64,000 nucleotides of DNA from Octopus vulgaris. Its lineage: Eukaryota. Positions 1-12,930 of the stretch are shown here, in pieces. The first letter of the stretch is position 1. Each line of letters starts with the position of its first letter. Where the stretch lies: contig OX597829.1 in NCBI GenBank assembly GCA_951406725.2, forward strand, positions 56,668,001 through 56,732,000. Reading direction: 5' to 3'. The notes under the pieces were generated by a model. It was given only the letters and a program-made list of their open reading frames with translations. It had not been told where the DNA came from and searched no databases. The translations under genes and the position numbers were made by a program.

Positions 1-1569
1 AGTACTACCAAATATAACACCATAGTTTGGAAAAGAAATTGCCAATATCTCAAGGTGCCTATGATTAAGGATCCAGGGTAACTGAGGTACATGTATGTGG
101 GGGGGGGGGGTCAGAAAGGGAAAGAAGAAAGGGTGTTGGATTGATGGAGAAGCTCTGGAGAGAGGACAATGCGAGGGAATGGTGGATGACTGCAAGCAAG
201 TGGGTATCCCAAATGGTGACATGAGAGACATAATAGGATAAATGGGTTAAGGAGACAGATAGATTGATGAAGATGGACCAATACACTATCATATGTATGT
301 CTAGAGAAGGATGGGGATAGGTAGTGTGTTGGGAGGTGGTACGCAAGGTGGCTATTCATAGTTTGCAAGTTTCACACACACACACACATATATATATATA
401 CATCTCCCATACATACATATGTATACAAATATGCATATACAAAAGTTGTTCATTTGGGAGCGTTGTTGAATTGTCCACATACCTCATACTTTCAAAGATG
501 AGTGGAATAAAACATCTTTTACAAGCAAGGGTTAGTAACAGGAAGTGCATCTGGCTGTAAAACAATGCCTCGATAATCTATACATCTAACCCATACTAAC
601 ATAGAAATAGACAAAATAAAGGAAAGATCACACACACACACACACGTGAAGGCACACATATTCACACATGCAACTCAATAATTACTACAAAGTTGGTTTG
701 TAGGTTGATTTCTCCTGCCACACTTTACATAATATAGAGAGGTGGGAGAGAGTAAAGGAAAGATACAGAGGGAGTTAACAAAGGAGGTTCAGGGTTAATG
801 CACATACTAAGATTGGTGGCAGACAATGAGTAATGAAATGCCATAGTCAGAAAGATTCATGGAAGAAGAGGAGTAAATGACTAGTTATGGGTGGAGTCAT
901 ACAAATGAGAAATTTGTTTTGTTTAATTATATTTTAAGGAAATTAAATATTTCTCTTTTGAAAATTATTTTTCATTTCATTTTATAAAAAGTTAAATTGT
1001 AATTATCATAATTATGCCAAGCATCTGATATTAGCTATAGTGGTGAAATTATACTACAAAAGTTCATATGAAGGGTAATGTGTGTGTGAGAGAGGGGGGG
1101 GGGGCAAGACACAGATAGATGTATTTTTATACATCTGCTACTAGTTAACTTTCCTTCTCCTTGGAAACACTTTTTTTTGATAGCCTTTCTTCATTCTTGA
1201 GATTGTTCCTCTCCATTCCTATTTTCCACTAAGCATCACTTTGTCTGCAGCAAGTCATCACTCCCTGTCTCCTAAGCCACTTCTAAGTGACACCCACGCC
1301 TCATTCTTAACATCTCACATCTACTATCAAACTACCTTTGATCTTTGTAGACAAAATCTTGCTCTCCACATTACTCACCAAGTACACCTGAACATCTCCA
1401 CCCCTTTCACCCTTCTACCACAATCCTGCAACCTTTATCCAATCACCCCTATCTACTATACTATTCTGCTGCTCTTCACTTTTACTGCATTGCCATTTAT
1501 CACCTCCTCTCCTCTGAGCTATTCTAACCCTACCACTCATACTTACCATCAACCCTCCAAACCTCCTTT

Positions 1570-1938
1570 TATTTGTTTCAGTCATTTAACTGCAGCCATG
1601 CTGGAGCACTGCCTTTTTAGTCAAACAAATCAACCCCAGGACTTATTCTTTGTAAGTATTCTATCAGTCTCTTTTGCTGAACTGCTAAATTACCAGGACA
1701 TAAACACACCAACATCAGTTGTCAATTGATGGTGGGAGGAGACAAACACAGACACACATAAATAGATATATACATATGGTGGGCTTCTTTCAGTTTCCAT
1801 CAATACTAAATCTACTCACAAGGCTTTGGTCGGCCCAATGCTATAGTAGAAGACATTTGCCCAAGGTGCCACATAGTGGGGCTGAACTTGGAACCATGTG
1901 GTTGGGAAGCAAGCTTCTCACCACACATCCATGCCTGT
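1570..1938 (-). mobile_element. tRNA-derived SINE (octopus OK/OR-like family A)
   Basis: tRNA-like head, (TA/CA) middle and tail shared with copies at 11045, 55595, 57515 and 60200. Confidence 0.85.
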
Positions 1939-2332
1939 ACCTATTGTTCACTTTTCACCCCCTAACCTTTTCCAACCCTACCCTCTCCCCACTTCCTGAC
2001 TTTTTGTCGCCATACTCTCCTCTTCATCTTCATGTACTTTGATGCCTCATCATCACCTTGTTTATCTGTTCAGAACCACAACCATAACTTCTAGCTACCC
2101 TTACATAATGCAAGGTAACCATGTATCATTTGTAATGTGGTTGGCATTACAAAGGACTTCCTGTCATAGAAGCCATGCCAAAACTAAGACAATGGAACAA
2201 GATATGGTCTTCCAGCATGCTGGATCCCATTAAACCATAATCCATCCGGCACAGAAAATGGACTTGAAATGAAAGGATACATGTATATATAGTTATATAG
2301 TTACATATATATAATTATATTATCTATTTGTG

Positions 2333-2379
<47 letters not shown>

Positions 2380-3539
2380 CACACACATTTTATTTACACA
2401 CACACACACAATTATTCATTCATTCTTCATTTAATGCGCCTCTTCTATAACGGTATAAGATAGTAGTAAAGGATCCAATATGCTCAGAGACTGTCAAGCT
2501 CCAATGACTGCTCTTGCAGGGTTTGCTATGATTGGATGTCCTTCCTATCACCAAACACTTTACAGAGTGTACCAAGTGCTTTTTTCATGGCACCAGCACA
2601 AGTGAGGCTACCAAATAACTCAAAAACTAGATTTTTTAAAATTAACAACTGAGTGGCAATGTTGTAAATAGGTAGGTCTTACGTCCAAAGAGACTAAAAT
2701 ATAACAGAGAGACAGATATCTTCCTGAGAAGAAATACATAGCTACCCTGCATTAGACAAAGGTGGATGGGAGTAGCTGGAAAGAGAGACAAGGTGTATGG
2801 TCAAGTTTGCAAGAGATTGAAAGGAAAGTTACAGATGTTTAAAGAGGTGAATGTAGTGGATAGTATTAGGGAGTTGAGACGTGGTAGATGATTAACAGGA
2901 TTTTGGAGAGAAGGTAATACGAAATACAAGTGGCTCAGGCAAGTGGAGGTGTGATGGCATACAGAAAAGGTGGAGAGCAGCAGAAGAAATCTTGGGAGAT
3001 AGGGATTGGGTAAAAATGTAAGGAGGAAAAGGAGGCACAGTGAAAGGAGATGGAGAGCAGAGGTAAATAAGAGTAATTAGCAAACACATGGGAAAATTGG
3101 TGGCAGATATGAGAAGGTGTTAAGAATAAGGTATAGCGATCATAAGATGTAGCTCAGGGAAAAGTAGCGATAACTGTTGGCAGAGAAGGAGTAAACAGTA
3201 GGAAAATATATGGGACAGAATGATGTCGAAAAAGAATAGGTGATGAGAACTGGTTCCAGGAAGAGATTGACTAGTAGTATAAAATAGGGTTTGAAATAGG
3301 TAGTTCTACACTTAAAACAACAGCAGCTGAATAGTGCCATCATTAGAAGACGGATGGGTAACAAAAAGATGAAAGAATGATAAAAGGTTGACAGGGGCAG
3401 GTTAGGTACCTTGTTTTGTGCATATATATGGAAACATAATGCTTTTAGGGCTACATTTTCACCATCATGGCCATGGTTTTTTGAGTATAGTGAATTGTGC
3501 TTTGTCATCTCTTGTATTGAAGCTCAACATCCAAAGATC

Positions 3540-3990
3540 AGCATTCACTACTTCCTCCTACATCTTCCTCTTCTACGAGTCCCAGCTACATTTAGCACTC
3601 AGCACTGCTTTATATGATTGTCTCAACCACACTTATTACAGAATTGCAGCTTCTTGCAAGACATCTGATTCTTGTCATTCCTAATATCTCTCTCAACAAA
3701 TTTGTACTTCATGGTACATGTCTTTGCAACCCAGGCCTCACTAACATGTAGCAATGCTATTCATACACAACCACCATGCAATCTTACACTCAGAAAGATG
3801 TGGAGGAGGAAGAGAGAGAGAGAGAGCATTTAATAACTGAACTTTTGCCAACCTGTTCTTACTCTGACTACTAGAATACTCTTAGAACATCCTCTTCAAC
3901 TGTTCATTAGTTCACCAAGGCAACAGAAACTATCAACTACCTCTAGGAAGCCTCCAGGTCTTTCAAAGAAATCTATTTTCCATGTGTTCT
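3540..3990 (-). mobile_element. RTE LINE 3' fragment
   Basis: Reverse-complement similarity to 30480-30960 (EVVDSF-LG, IRTGWQKF, IALLHVSEAW). Confidence 0.65.
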
Positions 3991-4569
3991 CAGGGTTTCA
4001 AAATTCAAAAGTTTTTTTGAATGCCTGATATGCTATGTCATAAACTGGGAAATTCCACAAAATGCTGGGAACATCCTAAGTACAGCTGCTATGTGCCATT
4101 ATGACATGTAGACTCACCTATCCAAATCAGGTGAGTTAGCCACTTAGCAGTCTTTGTTGTCAGCACATGCCCTCTGCTATAGCCTCAAGCAACGAAAGCC
4201 TTGATTTCATCTGGCACACAAAAAACTGAAGTAAGTTTAGTCTGTGTGTGTGTGTGTGCACACATCTGTTTGAGTTTCTTCCTGTTGTCATAAACAAATG
4301 ACATCACATTAGCAGTGCTGTTTGGGCATGTTGCCACCAGGAAGGGTATCCACCCAAACAAAATTTGTCCCATCAAATTTCATTTGACATATGAGAAAAT
4401 TAAAATGATGTATGTGTATGCACACACACACACACACACACACTCATATGCATATAAGCATCCATGCATGCATGGAAGACAGACATTAAATGATATGTAT
4501 GTATCCATGTATGGAATATGGATGCTAAATAATTACACACACACACAAATGCATTTATATACATCAAAT

Positions 4570-5210
4570 GATGCTGTTTAACTTGATACTCAGTTCTTCC
4601 CAACTGAAGGAAAAACTCAAAGCATATGAGACATGCCGCTTCCACCATGGAGTGGAACTAGCAATATACATTGAGAAACGTCTGCAATACCTTATGGACT
4701 GCCTCACGAGAGTGCAATCAAAACTCTAGCTTGACCATCATTATGAAGATTTCAAAACTGCTGGACCCTGACTTTGGGCATTCACCTACCATTACCATCA
4801 GCAATTGCGAACTAGAGATAACACAACAGTTCACAAATGCGAGATCTACCATCAAAGTCCACCTCTCTCAAAAGTTGGAAATTAATGGATTCATTGGAAG
4901 TGTAACCTCAACACTTTCCACCAACACTGCTTGAAAACAGATCTTAGTCACTAATGAGGTCCTGGTTTACACTCAGATTATCCAGCCTTCTCATCATGCT
5001 GTCTCAACAATTCCTGCTCTGGCTGGGCCTCATATACTGCATGCCAAAAGACCTGCTGTAAGGAAAATGGCATCCAGATAGAGAACACAAGGAAGATACC
5101 GACAAGGCATGACAACACTGGCAGAAAGCAGTTTGTGTACTCACAACACTTCTCCAACCAGACTGGAACAAGGCATTCCATAATCTCATGAGATTAACAA
5201 ATACCTCCAA
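4570..5210 (+). mobile_element. Degraded RTE/BovB-like LINE fragment
   Basis: Frameshifted RT-thumb-like remnants (ITISNCELEITQQF, WLGLI..MPKDLL*GK). Confidence 0.55.
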
Positions 5211-6208
5211 TGTATGTAAACATATTAAAATGTGTACATAATATATACATATATCATTACTCTGTTTATGTAGAAAATCTGCCCTTCCATGATTACATGG
5301 GCCAGACAGAATTTATTGAGGCAAATTTTCTTTGCCAACCTTTACCAGTTTTCAAGCAAGGTATTATTTCCATATGGTCAGAGATGTCTTTCACAGAAGA
5401 TTAGAAATGAACAACAACACTTATATGATGGTGTCACATCATTTAGAATCATTGTGATGTCAAGACAAGGAGTTACACTAACATAAATATAGTTTACATC
5501 TATAAATCCATGCACAAGGATTTGGTTGACTAAAGGTTACAGTAGAAGATACTTGCCTAAGATGCCATGCAGTGGGACTGAACATGGAACCACATGGTTA
5601 GGGAGCAAGCTTCTTCATGACACCGCCATACCTGTACACGAATACAATATGTATAAATGTTCGTATTGTATATATGCATACGTATACAATATATGCACAT
5701 CCATGCGTGTATATATATCCACATATACATAGCTGTGTGGTGAAGAAGTTTACTTCCATCCATATAATTTTGGACTGAGTCTCACTGCATGACACCTTGA
5801 ACAAGTATCTTCAATCTTCCATGAAAAACATGTACAACCGTAAGGAAATATTACCTTGCTAGGAAACAAGTGTGAGTTGGCAACGGTCGCAAAAAAAAGT
5901 CTGCCACATGCAATCATAGAGAAAAGCAAAAAATGGTTTTAACACACAGACACAAAGGGAAGCATATCAATATATACCATCGGATTTAATTTCCCAATCC
6001 TATTCAATGTGGTTTATTTTTGGATAATTGAAACTAAGTATAGCAGTTCCCCGATTGCAATTGCTTTTTTATTCATACCGAGTATTTGATTGATTCTTCA
6101 ATAATGAAAGGAACAGAGAAATTAATTCTCTGCCTGCAAATCTAATGTCTAATCTTTATTTGAAATAAGTCCCAATGCAATATTATTAATTAATTAATAA
6201 ACAGCGTA

Positions 6209-6430
6209 AGGCGGCGGCGAGCTAGCAGAATTGTTAGCGCACCGGACAAAATGTTTAGCGGCATTTCTTCCGGTCTTACGTTCTGAGTTCAACTTCCGAC
6301 TAGGTCGGCTTTGCCCTCCTTCATCCTTTCTGTGTCGATAACATAAATACCAGGTGAGTACTGGGGGACGAGCTAAATCGACTTACACTCTCTCCCAAAA
6401 TTTCGCTTTGTACCTAAAGCAGAAAGGATT
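6209..6430 (+). mobile_element. tRNA-derived CORE-like SINE (family B)
   Basis: GGCGGCGAGCTAGCAGAATTG...GAGTTCAA head; related copies at 17980, 39397, 59735 and 62453. Confidence 0.8.
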
Positions 6431-9400
6431 ATTAATAAACAAAGTTACATACCTCGTCATTTCTCAGAAATACATTTCTGATAAATATTATATTTACAAC
6501 ATAACAAAGTCTAACCTAGTGATTAACCAAATATAATTACATCAGGAATCTTGCAAAATTATATATATATATATACACACATACATGTGTGTGCATGTAT
6601 ATATATACACACACATACATACATGTGTGCATGTATACACACACACACACGTCACCCAATGGTGACTTTAGTTTTGAGAGAATATTTAAGTTAAAAACAT
6701 ATTGCGAGTTGTTCTAATCTTTATAAGTTTCGATACCGTACAATATTTATTATTTATCCAATTAGGGATAAATAAGACAGCTTTATCTGCTACAAAAACA
6801 GAAAATGTCATCGGTAAAGAGGCAACATTCGTCTAGCGCTATTTTAGTGCTAGTGGCATGAAACTGTTAATAGATATCACCAGGAAGCTTATATATATAT
6901 ATATATAGCCTGGATCTCTGAACCATCTCCACCATCTAACTGGTAATTTTCTATACAATTCGACGAATGTCTTATTATTTTTCGATTTTGCTACGTCTCT
7001 CACAGGGACACACAATAATTTGAAGGCCCTTCATCCATATCACTGTAAAAGCTCATCAGTTTCGGAAATTGTCAACGTTAGGCTTATGTTTTCTAATTTA
7101 TTCGACAATTAATTTTTAATAAGGATTCTTATTCTATGTCGAAGTCACATATCACAGGATGAACTGAAAGAGAGACGTACATGGGAAAAAATTGGGAAAT
7201 TAAATTAGGTTGGAAAAAAAAAAAAATTTTTTAATCATTTATATATAAAGGTAGGATTTTGGAATAACTATTCCTCGAATCCCTGTACCACAATGGAAAG
7301 GAAAAGAGTAGTTTTATTATTTTATTCCCCTTCAGTTTTGGGTATACCTATGTTTTCTCTATACGAGAGATGCGGCGATTCTGTAAGACATTTTTTTTTT
7401 TTAATTTCATTTTTCTTTTCAAATGCTTGCATCCCCACATTCCCTATCCTATGAGGCATGGGAGTTCGAAGGACAGCAACCCGAAAACTGAATTGATGAA
7501 AGATCAGCAGCGGATTAAGAAAGTGCAAGCACGAGAGAGGTGATACTTGAAAACCAATGAATTAACTTGATATGGTTTGGCACTTGCAACCAGATCCTAC
7601 TCCAAAGAACAAAAGAGAGATTGCAACAAGAATCTCGACAATTTTAGATTAAATAATAACCAATAGAACGAACACACACACACACACGTGCGTGTGTGCG
7701 CGCGCGAATGAGGGGGGGGGGGCTTCTCGAGTATCCATTATGCGTAAAAACATAGGTTATCTAATATTAATCGTTGGTCCATTAAATATCTTCTTCCTCT
7801 AAAACATAGTTATTTAACCCGAGATAATTTTCTTCTGAATTTATTTAGTAAATTAGTTTTTTTGTTTGCTTTATTTATTTATTTATTTATTTTTACCGTT
7901 GTATAAAGTTAAGATTAGGTAAACTTATTCCGAATAGATTCCCTGCTGCGATAAGGATGAATAATAAATAAAAACGATTTAATTGAAATGGGAAATCAAT
8001 GTCCAGATACAACGAATCTATTATACACGAGATGTTAATTAAACTCGCACCCGTCTATTTACATAGTTGAGGAGAGTAAAGAAACATCTGTGGGCGCAAT
8101 ATTTTTTTATAGTTATTTTTTCAGGTTGAGTCACACGTATTTACTATTCAAAAGAAATCGAATGCTAATAAACTTTAAAAAATACGAAATGAGAAATGCT
8201 TAGAATCAAATTATCAGGTACTTTTTCAGAATAAAAAACTAATTAATAGCAAGATGGATGCAGAGAAATTATAAAAGGGTATCAAGTATAAAAATAACCC
8301 TTCAAAATGGCGAAACCATGAAAGAAATGAGAAAAAAATTGAGAATACCGTATTCTGGTACATGTTTAAAAAAGAAATCAATAATAGTAATGGCACGGCA
8401 GCCGTATGGTGCGTGGGGGTCGCACAATGATTGTAAAAATAAATTAAACTCAACAGATGAAAGTGCATGGATAGCTTTTCTTTCTTCTTTTTATTTATAT
8501 GAAACTCATTTCGCTCAAATTTTATACTAAGGTCTGGAGAAATTATTCACCTAAAATTTGAAGACTCAAATAAAACTTGGAATCTACGGTCAGAATGTAT
8601 TTAATGTATTTAAGGCACAAGTAAAATAAAAAATTACAAGTTCACATATGAATTTAACAATTATTCTAACTTTTTATCATGTAAACCGATAAATTACATG
8701 GAATTATTTCAGCAATTATAAAAATAAAAACAGCGAGTTTACATGAAGAATATTAGCTGAACCATGACATTTTTGAAGTCTCACTGGGTTGGAATTAAAG
8801 AGTAATAAACATCTTTAAAAAAAACATCTGCTATGTTTATATAAAAATATTAAAAAAACATTGCAAAGAAGCAAAATCAAAACAAATATTACGATTAAAA
8901 CAAAAATAATTGTTCTGGAGAAAATAATATCGGCGGGAAATATAGGTAAATAAATTGAGAAAAATTACATCCACCCAGGAAAGAAAATGTTTACAACCAA
9001 ATGGAATTGCGAGTTCTTTAGTAAACAGTCTGACTACTTTGCAGATATATTATGCATAATTATATATATATGTGTGGTGTTGATGTTTAATTAAAAAGCA
9101 TAATTGGTTAATTAGTGAATAAAATATTATTATACAATTTATAAGCGATTGGAACGAAAATAATAAACGATTTCAAAGTGATGAGGCGAAGTGGTTTCAC
9201 TGACCTGAATTTCTTTTCTGTTATGAGAAATTCATACGTTTTTATATTCAATTATTGTTCCGTTTGTTAAAACGAATCAATGCGAAAATAATATTGAAGG
9301 AAATAATGTTGCAAAAATAGGATGTTTCTTTTAATGTTGGGCGACGGAACTGGTTTTGGCAAAGTATTACGGCCAGAAAAGTACGAAGATTATCAACGGT

Positions 9401-9461
9401 GGATTGTAATGACAAATCAATGAAAGCGTGTTGGACATTTGACGGAGAACAACTTACTTAC

Positions 9462-9629
9462 CAATGCATTTTTCATTAAATCTGCAAAAGAAAATTCTGG
9501 ACATGTTTTGTCGTTCGATTCCCTCAGAGCCAGAGTGAAGCGCATGGTGGGCGGCAGCGAAGACTTCTTCTTCTTCTCCTTCCCCATCGGACCGATCGTA
9601 GTAAAAGTTAACCTCCTCGGATCCGACAT
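9462..9629 (-). CDS. UBN1: Ubinuclein (UBN1/UBN2/yemanuclein family) first coding exon; remainder of gene not found in this window (expected beyond the left edge)
   Basis: Translates MSDPRRLTFTTIGPMGKEKKKKSSLPPTMRFTLALRESNDKTCPEFSFADLMKNAL, matching the recalled ubinuclein N-terminus (human UBN1 MSEPHRVQFTSL...[26 protein letters not shown]). 168 nt, ends at a GTAAGT donor, phase 0. Probably the single invertebrate co-ortholog of UBN1/UBN2. Confidence 0.88.
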
Positions 9630-9735
9630 CGCGTTCATTGAAACACAATACAGCCATGAGACAAATAAGTAGAATGATCTGTGTCCCGGTTAACTATGTT
9701 TCCACACCTCTGTACCAACAAACTAGCGAGTCTAT

Positions 9736-9765
9736 CGCCATTTTGAAAGGGCAGTATGACGTCAT
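9736..9765 (-). promoter_or_regulatory. Putative ubinuclein promoter/5'UTR elements: YY1-like motif and palindromic CRE
   Basis: CGCCATTTT at 9736-9744 (AAAATGGCG on the gene strand) and ATGACGTCAT at 9756-9765, 110-135 nt upstream of the ATG in CpG-rich sequence. Confidence 0.45.
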
Positions 9766-11044
9766 GAGTTATTGAAGGTGGGGGGAGCGAGGGAGGGGGG
9801 GAATCACCGTTCGCCACTCGAGCACCCCTCGAAATCCAAATGTGCTGAGATTCTGTGAGGAAGATAAAGACAGAAACGTCGTGCACCGAAATTGACAAAA
9901 CGGATATTAATTGATTGTGAATTAATGATTTACAGAATTACTTTCGAAAACAAATGTCCATTTTCCGAAAAAAATATTGCAAGAGTAATATAATTTTAGA
10001 AGAAAATATGACTGAAATGAGAGAGATAAAAATAGATGATTATGAATAAGGAGAAAGAATGAAGTAATATTCAAATGCAAATGCAGAGATAAGATGAGAG
10101 GAAAGGAAGGAGTTAATAAGTAATGTTGGATGCTTTTGTTCGGGATCATTCGGAAACGATCGGTCATTGACCTTTTCTTAAATTCGTTGAAATGAAAAAT
10201 ACCCGAAGTATTATTAAAAACATATCTGATAAATAATAAAAATAGATGGAGTTAAAAAATTTTATTTATTTTTTCGTTAACTAAAACAAAATAAATAAAG
10301 CTGCGGAAATGTACGGGCTACTTTACGGTGTTTTACGAAGTGAAAACTTTGTACCGGTTGTGAGAAACTTCAGAAATTTTTGTGAGGAGAAAAAGAAAAC
10401 TTCGAAACAATTATTTGATATTTAATGTTTTTCTTTTTGATGTTATTAAAATACTTCAATAATTAGCATTTTGTAATTTTTTTTTTCTTATTCTGAAAGT
10501 ATTTATATTTCAACAGACTAACTGCCCGTCTAAAGAAAATATTTATTGATGTTAGCAAGAGATAGAAAATCCATTTCAGAAGCTTGTTATGTGTTTTACT
10601 AAAGCACATGGCTGTGGGATATACACTTGTTTGCATTTTTTTTAAAAATAAAATCTATGTACTTATCTTAAGTTCTTTTCACTAAAACTAAAATACAACT
10701 CCATTATTGGTTCCAATGCAAAGGCAAACATTGAAACTGAAAACTGTGCGATAATAGAAACACTGCACAGTGCTTGGATTTGGATTAATAATGGTGTAGT
10801 AACAGGTATGTATTTTTAGCGGAAGCACCGTTTAGGTCTGATGTTAAACTACGTATTTCTCCTAAGGCCATCTTAGGAATATTATAGGCCCTGAGCTATA
10901 CAGTATTTATTTATAGACAGCAAGCCCTGGCATACATGGAACAGAGTTGGACAATTGTACCCGTGAGGTTTCCACGTAAATGACCAGTGTTTCTTCTCTT
11001 GCCAGAAAAGAAGACCAGCTAAATAGTGGTTTGCTGTTATTTTT

Positions 11045-11398
11045 TTTTCCAGTCATTTGACTGCGGCCATGCTGGAGCACCGCTTTTAGTCGAACAAATC
11101 GACCCCAGGAATTATTCTTTGTAAGCCTAGTACTTATTCTATCCGTCTCTTTTGCCGAACCGCTAGCTAACGAGGATGTAAACACACAAACGTCGCTTGC
11201 CAAGCAATTGTGCGGAAACAAACATATACATATGTATATACGGGCTTCTTTCAGTTTTTCGTCTACCAAATCCACTCACAAGGTTTTTGTCGGCACGTAG
11301 CTATAGTAGAAGACACCCAAGATGCCAAGCAGTGGGACTGAACCCAGAACCTTGTGGTTGGGAAGCAAGCTACTTACTACACAACCTCTCCTGCGCCT
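11045..11398 (-). mobile_element. SINE family A, full length
   Basis: Collinear with 55595-55998; CpGs retained. Confidence 0.88.
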
Positions 11399-11644
11399 AT
11401 ATTTATTGTTGCTTTTTTTTTTTTACTTCATTAAAGAACGGTCACCTCTTACGGCGAAGTGTAAACGCGTGTTAACTAAAAGCGCAGCACCGTAAGTTTA
11501 CCTTATATCTTTAATCAAACAACTTCTATCAACGCTTCTATCAGTTAATTCACGTCGTCAGCGCTTCAGCTGCTCTGTAAATTTAGCACCCCGGTTGAGT
11601 TCTATTCGATTCTGTGTACACAATAAATATCTTTTCTCCTGAAC

Positions 11645-11850
11645 TATTCTATCTTTTATCTTTTATTCGTTTCAGTTATTAGACTCTGACCATGCTGGGG
11701 CAACGTCTTCAGGAATTTTAGTCGAACTAATCGACCCTAGTACTTTTTTAAGCAGGGTATTTATTCTATCGCTCTCTTTCTGAACTGCTAAGTTACGATG
11801 ACATAAACACACACGGTTGTCGGGCAATGGTGGGGGTAAATACAGGCAGA
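11645..11850 (-). mobile_element. SINE family A, 3' half
   Basis: Similar to the tail of the 11045 copy. Confidence 0.7.
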
Positions 11851-12403
11851 TCACAGAAAATTATATGAAGAAATAATATGTGATATATAAATAAATATAT
11901 TTTTTTACAACCATCCAGCATTCTGAACATCTTTTTTCTTTCATATGTATTAAATCTATACATCACCCCCAATATTTCTAACATACTTGTTTGGATGTAC
12001 ACTACATCAGGATGGATGGATTAGAATCAAGCCCACGACTAGAAAATTCCAGCAATACAGGAAACCTCATTGAAAGAAGCGAAACAGAATACCCACAACA
12101 GGCAGATCTCCTCACACAAATTTGCAGAATATGCAACATTGGAATAAATAACACGGAATCTACAGAAGATCTCCATACAGAAATCTACAAATCCAGAATG
12201 AACGAAACACAAATGAACTCATAACCGAAATATACCAAAAACGCAGAAAAACTTCTAACAGAAATATCCCCAAAACTAAACTTGATCATCCTAAAACTGG
12301 ACGCAATACTCCACAACACAGAAAATTATATGAAGAAATAATATGTGATATGTAAATAAATATATATTTTTACAACAATCCTGCATTCAGAACACCTTTT
12401 TTC

Positions 12404-12407
<4 letters not shown>

Positions 12408-12471
<64 letters not shown>
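12408..12471. repeat. (TA)n microsatellite
   Basis: Directly visible. Confidence 0.95.
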
Positions 12472-12476
<5 letters not shown>

Positions 12477-12677
12477 CAAGAGATGAACCACCATTTCACA
12501 ACTCAGTCAATGAGGAACCCGTCCAAAACCATGCTGTGAGACACATAACATGCAAAATCGAATATCATACAAAGAAAACCTTCATCATAAAAATGTTAAT
12601 CTAAAATCAAATAAATTATAAAGTGAACAATAAAAATTAATACAATAATATAATGTATAAAAGTAAGTACTAGTACA

Positions 12678-12797
12678 TTGACTACGCGCGTTTCATGGCT
12701 GAATTAGGACTATATAAATTCAAATAAGAAACCATATTTAAGTTCATTAGAACGGAAGAATGATTTTACTCCCAAAATCAGTCACTCCTCAGGCCAA
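12678..12797 (-). ncRNA. Minimal type-I hammerhead ribozyme (Penelope-like element pLTR type), intact core
   Basis: Minus strand: TTGGC-CTGAGGA-GTGACTGA..(about 75 nt loop)..TCAGCCAT-GAAA-CGCGCG-TA^GTCAA; stems I and II and a palindromic stem III are present. Confidence 0.75.
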
Positions 12798-12881
12798 ATT
12801 CCTAAAAAAAAACCTAAAAACTAAAAGTTTAACTTACCTCATAATATTATAAGGTTGGAAAAATAATTTATTCCCTAATAC

Positions 12882-12882
<1 letters not shown>

Positions 12883-12930
<48 letters not shown>
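12883..12930. repeat. (ATT)n microsatellite
   Basis: Directly visible. Confidence 0.95.

Noticed and set aside
7030-7062. CTGATGA on the minus strand with a possible stem II
   Set aside because: No GAAA after the stem and no stem III
7322-7528. 68-aa minus-strand ORF in CpG-rich intron sequence as an alternative exon
   Set aside because: No recognisable homology; runs through an A-tract; donor phase does not fit
1-9461. Search for ubinuclein exon 2 (DPF..ARKFEEKYG and HRD motifs)
   Set aside because: Not found by eye on the minus strand; it probably lies left of the window
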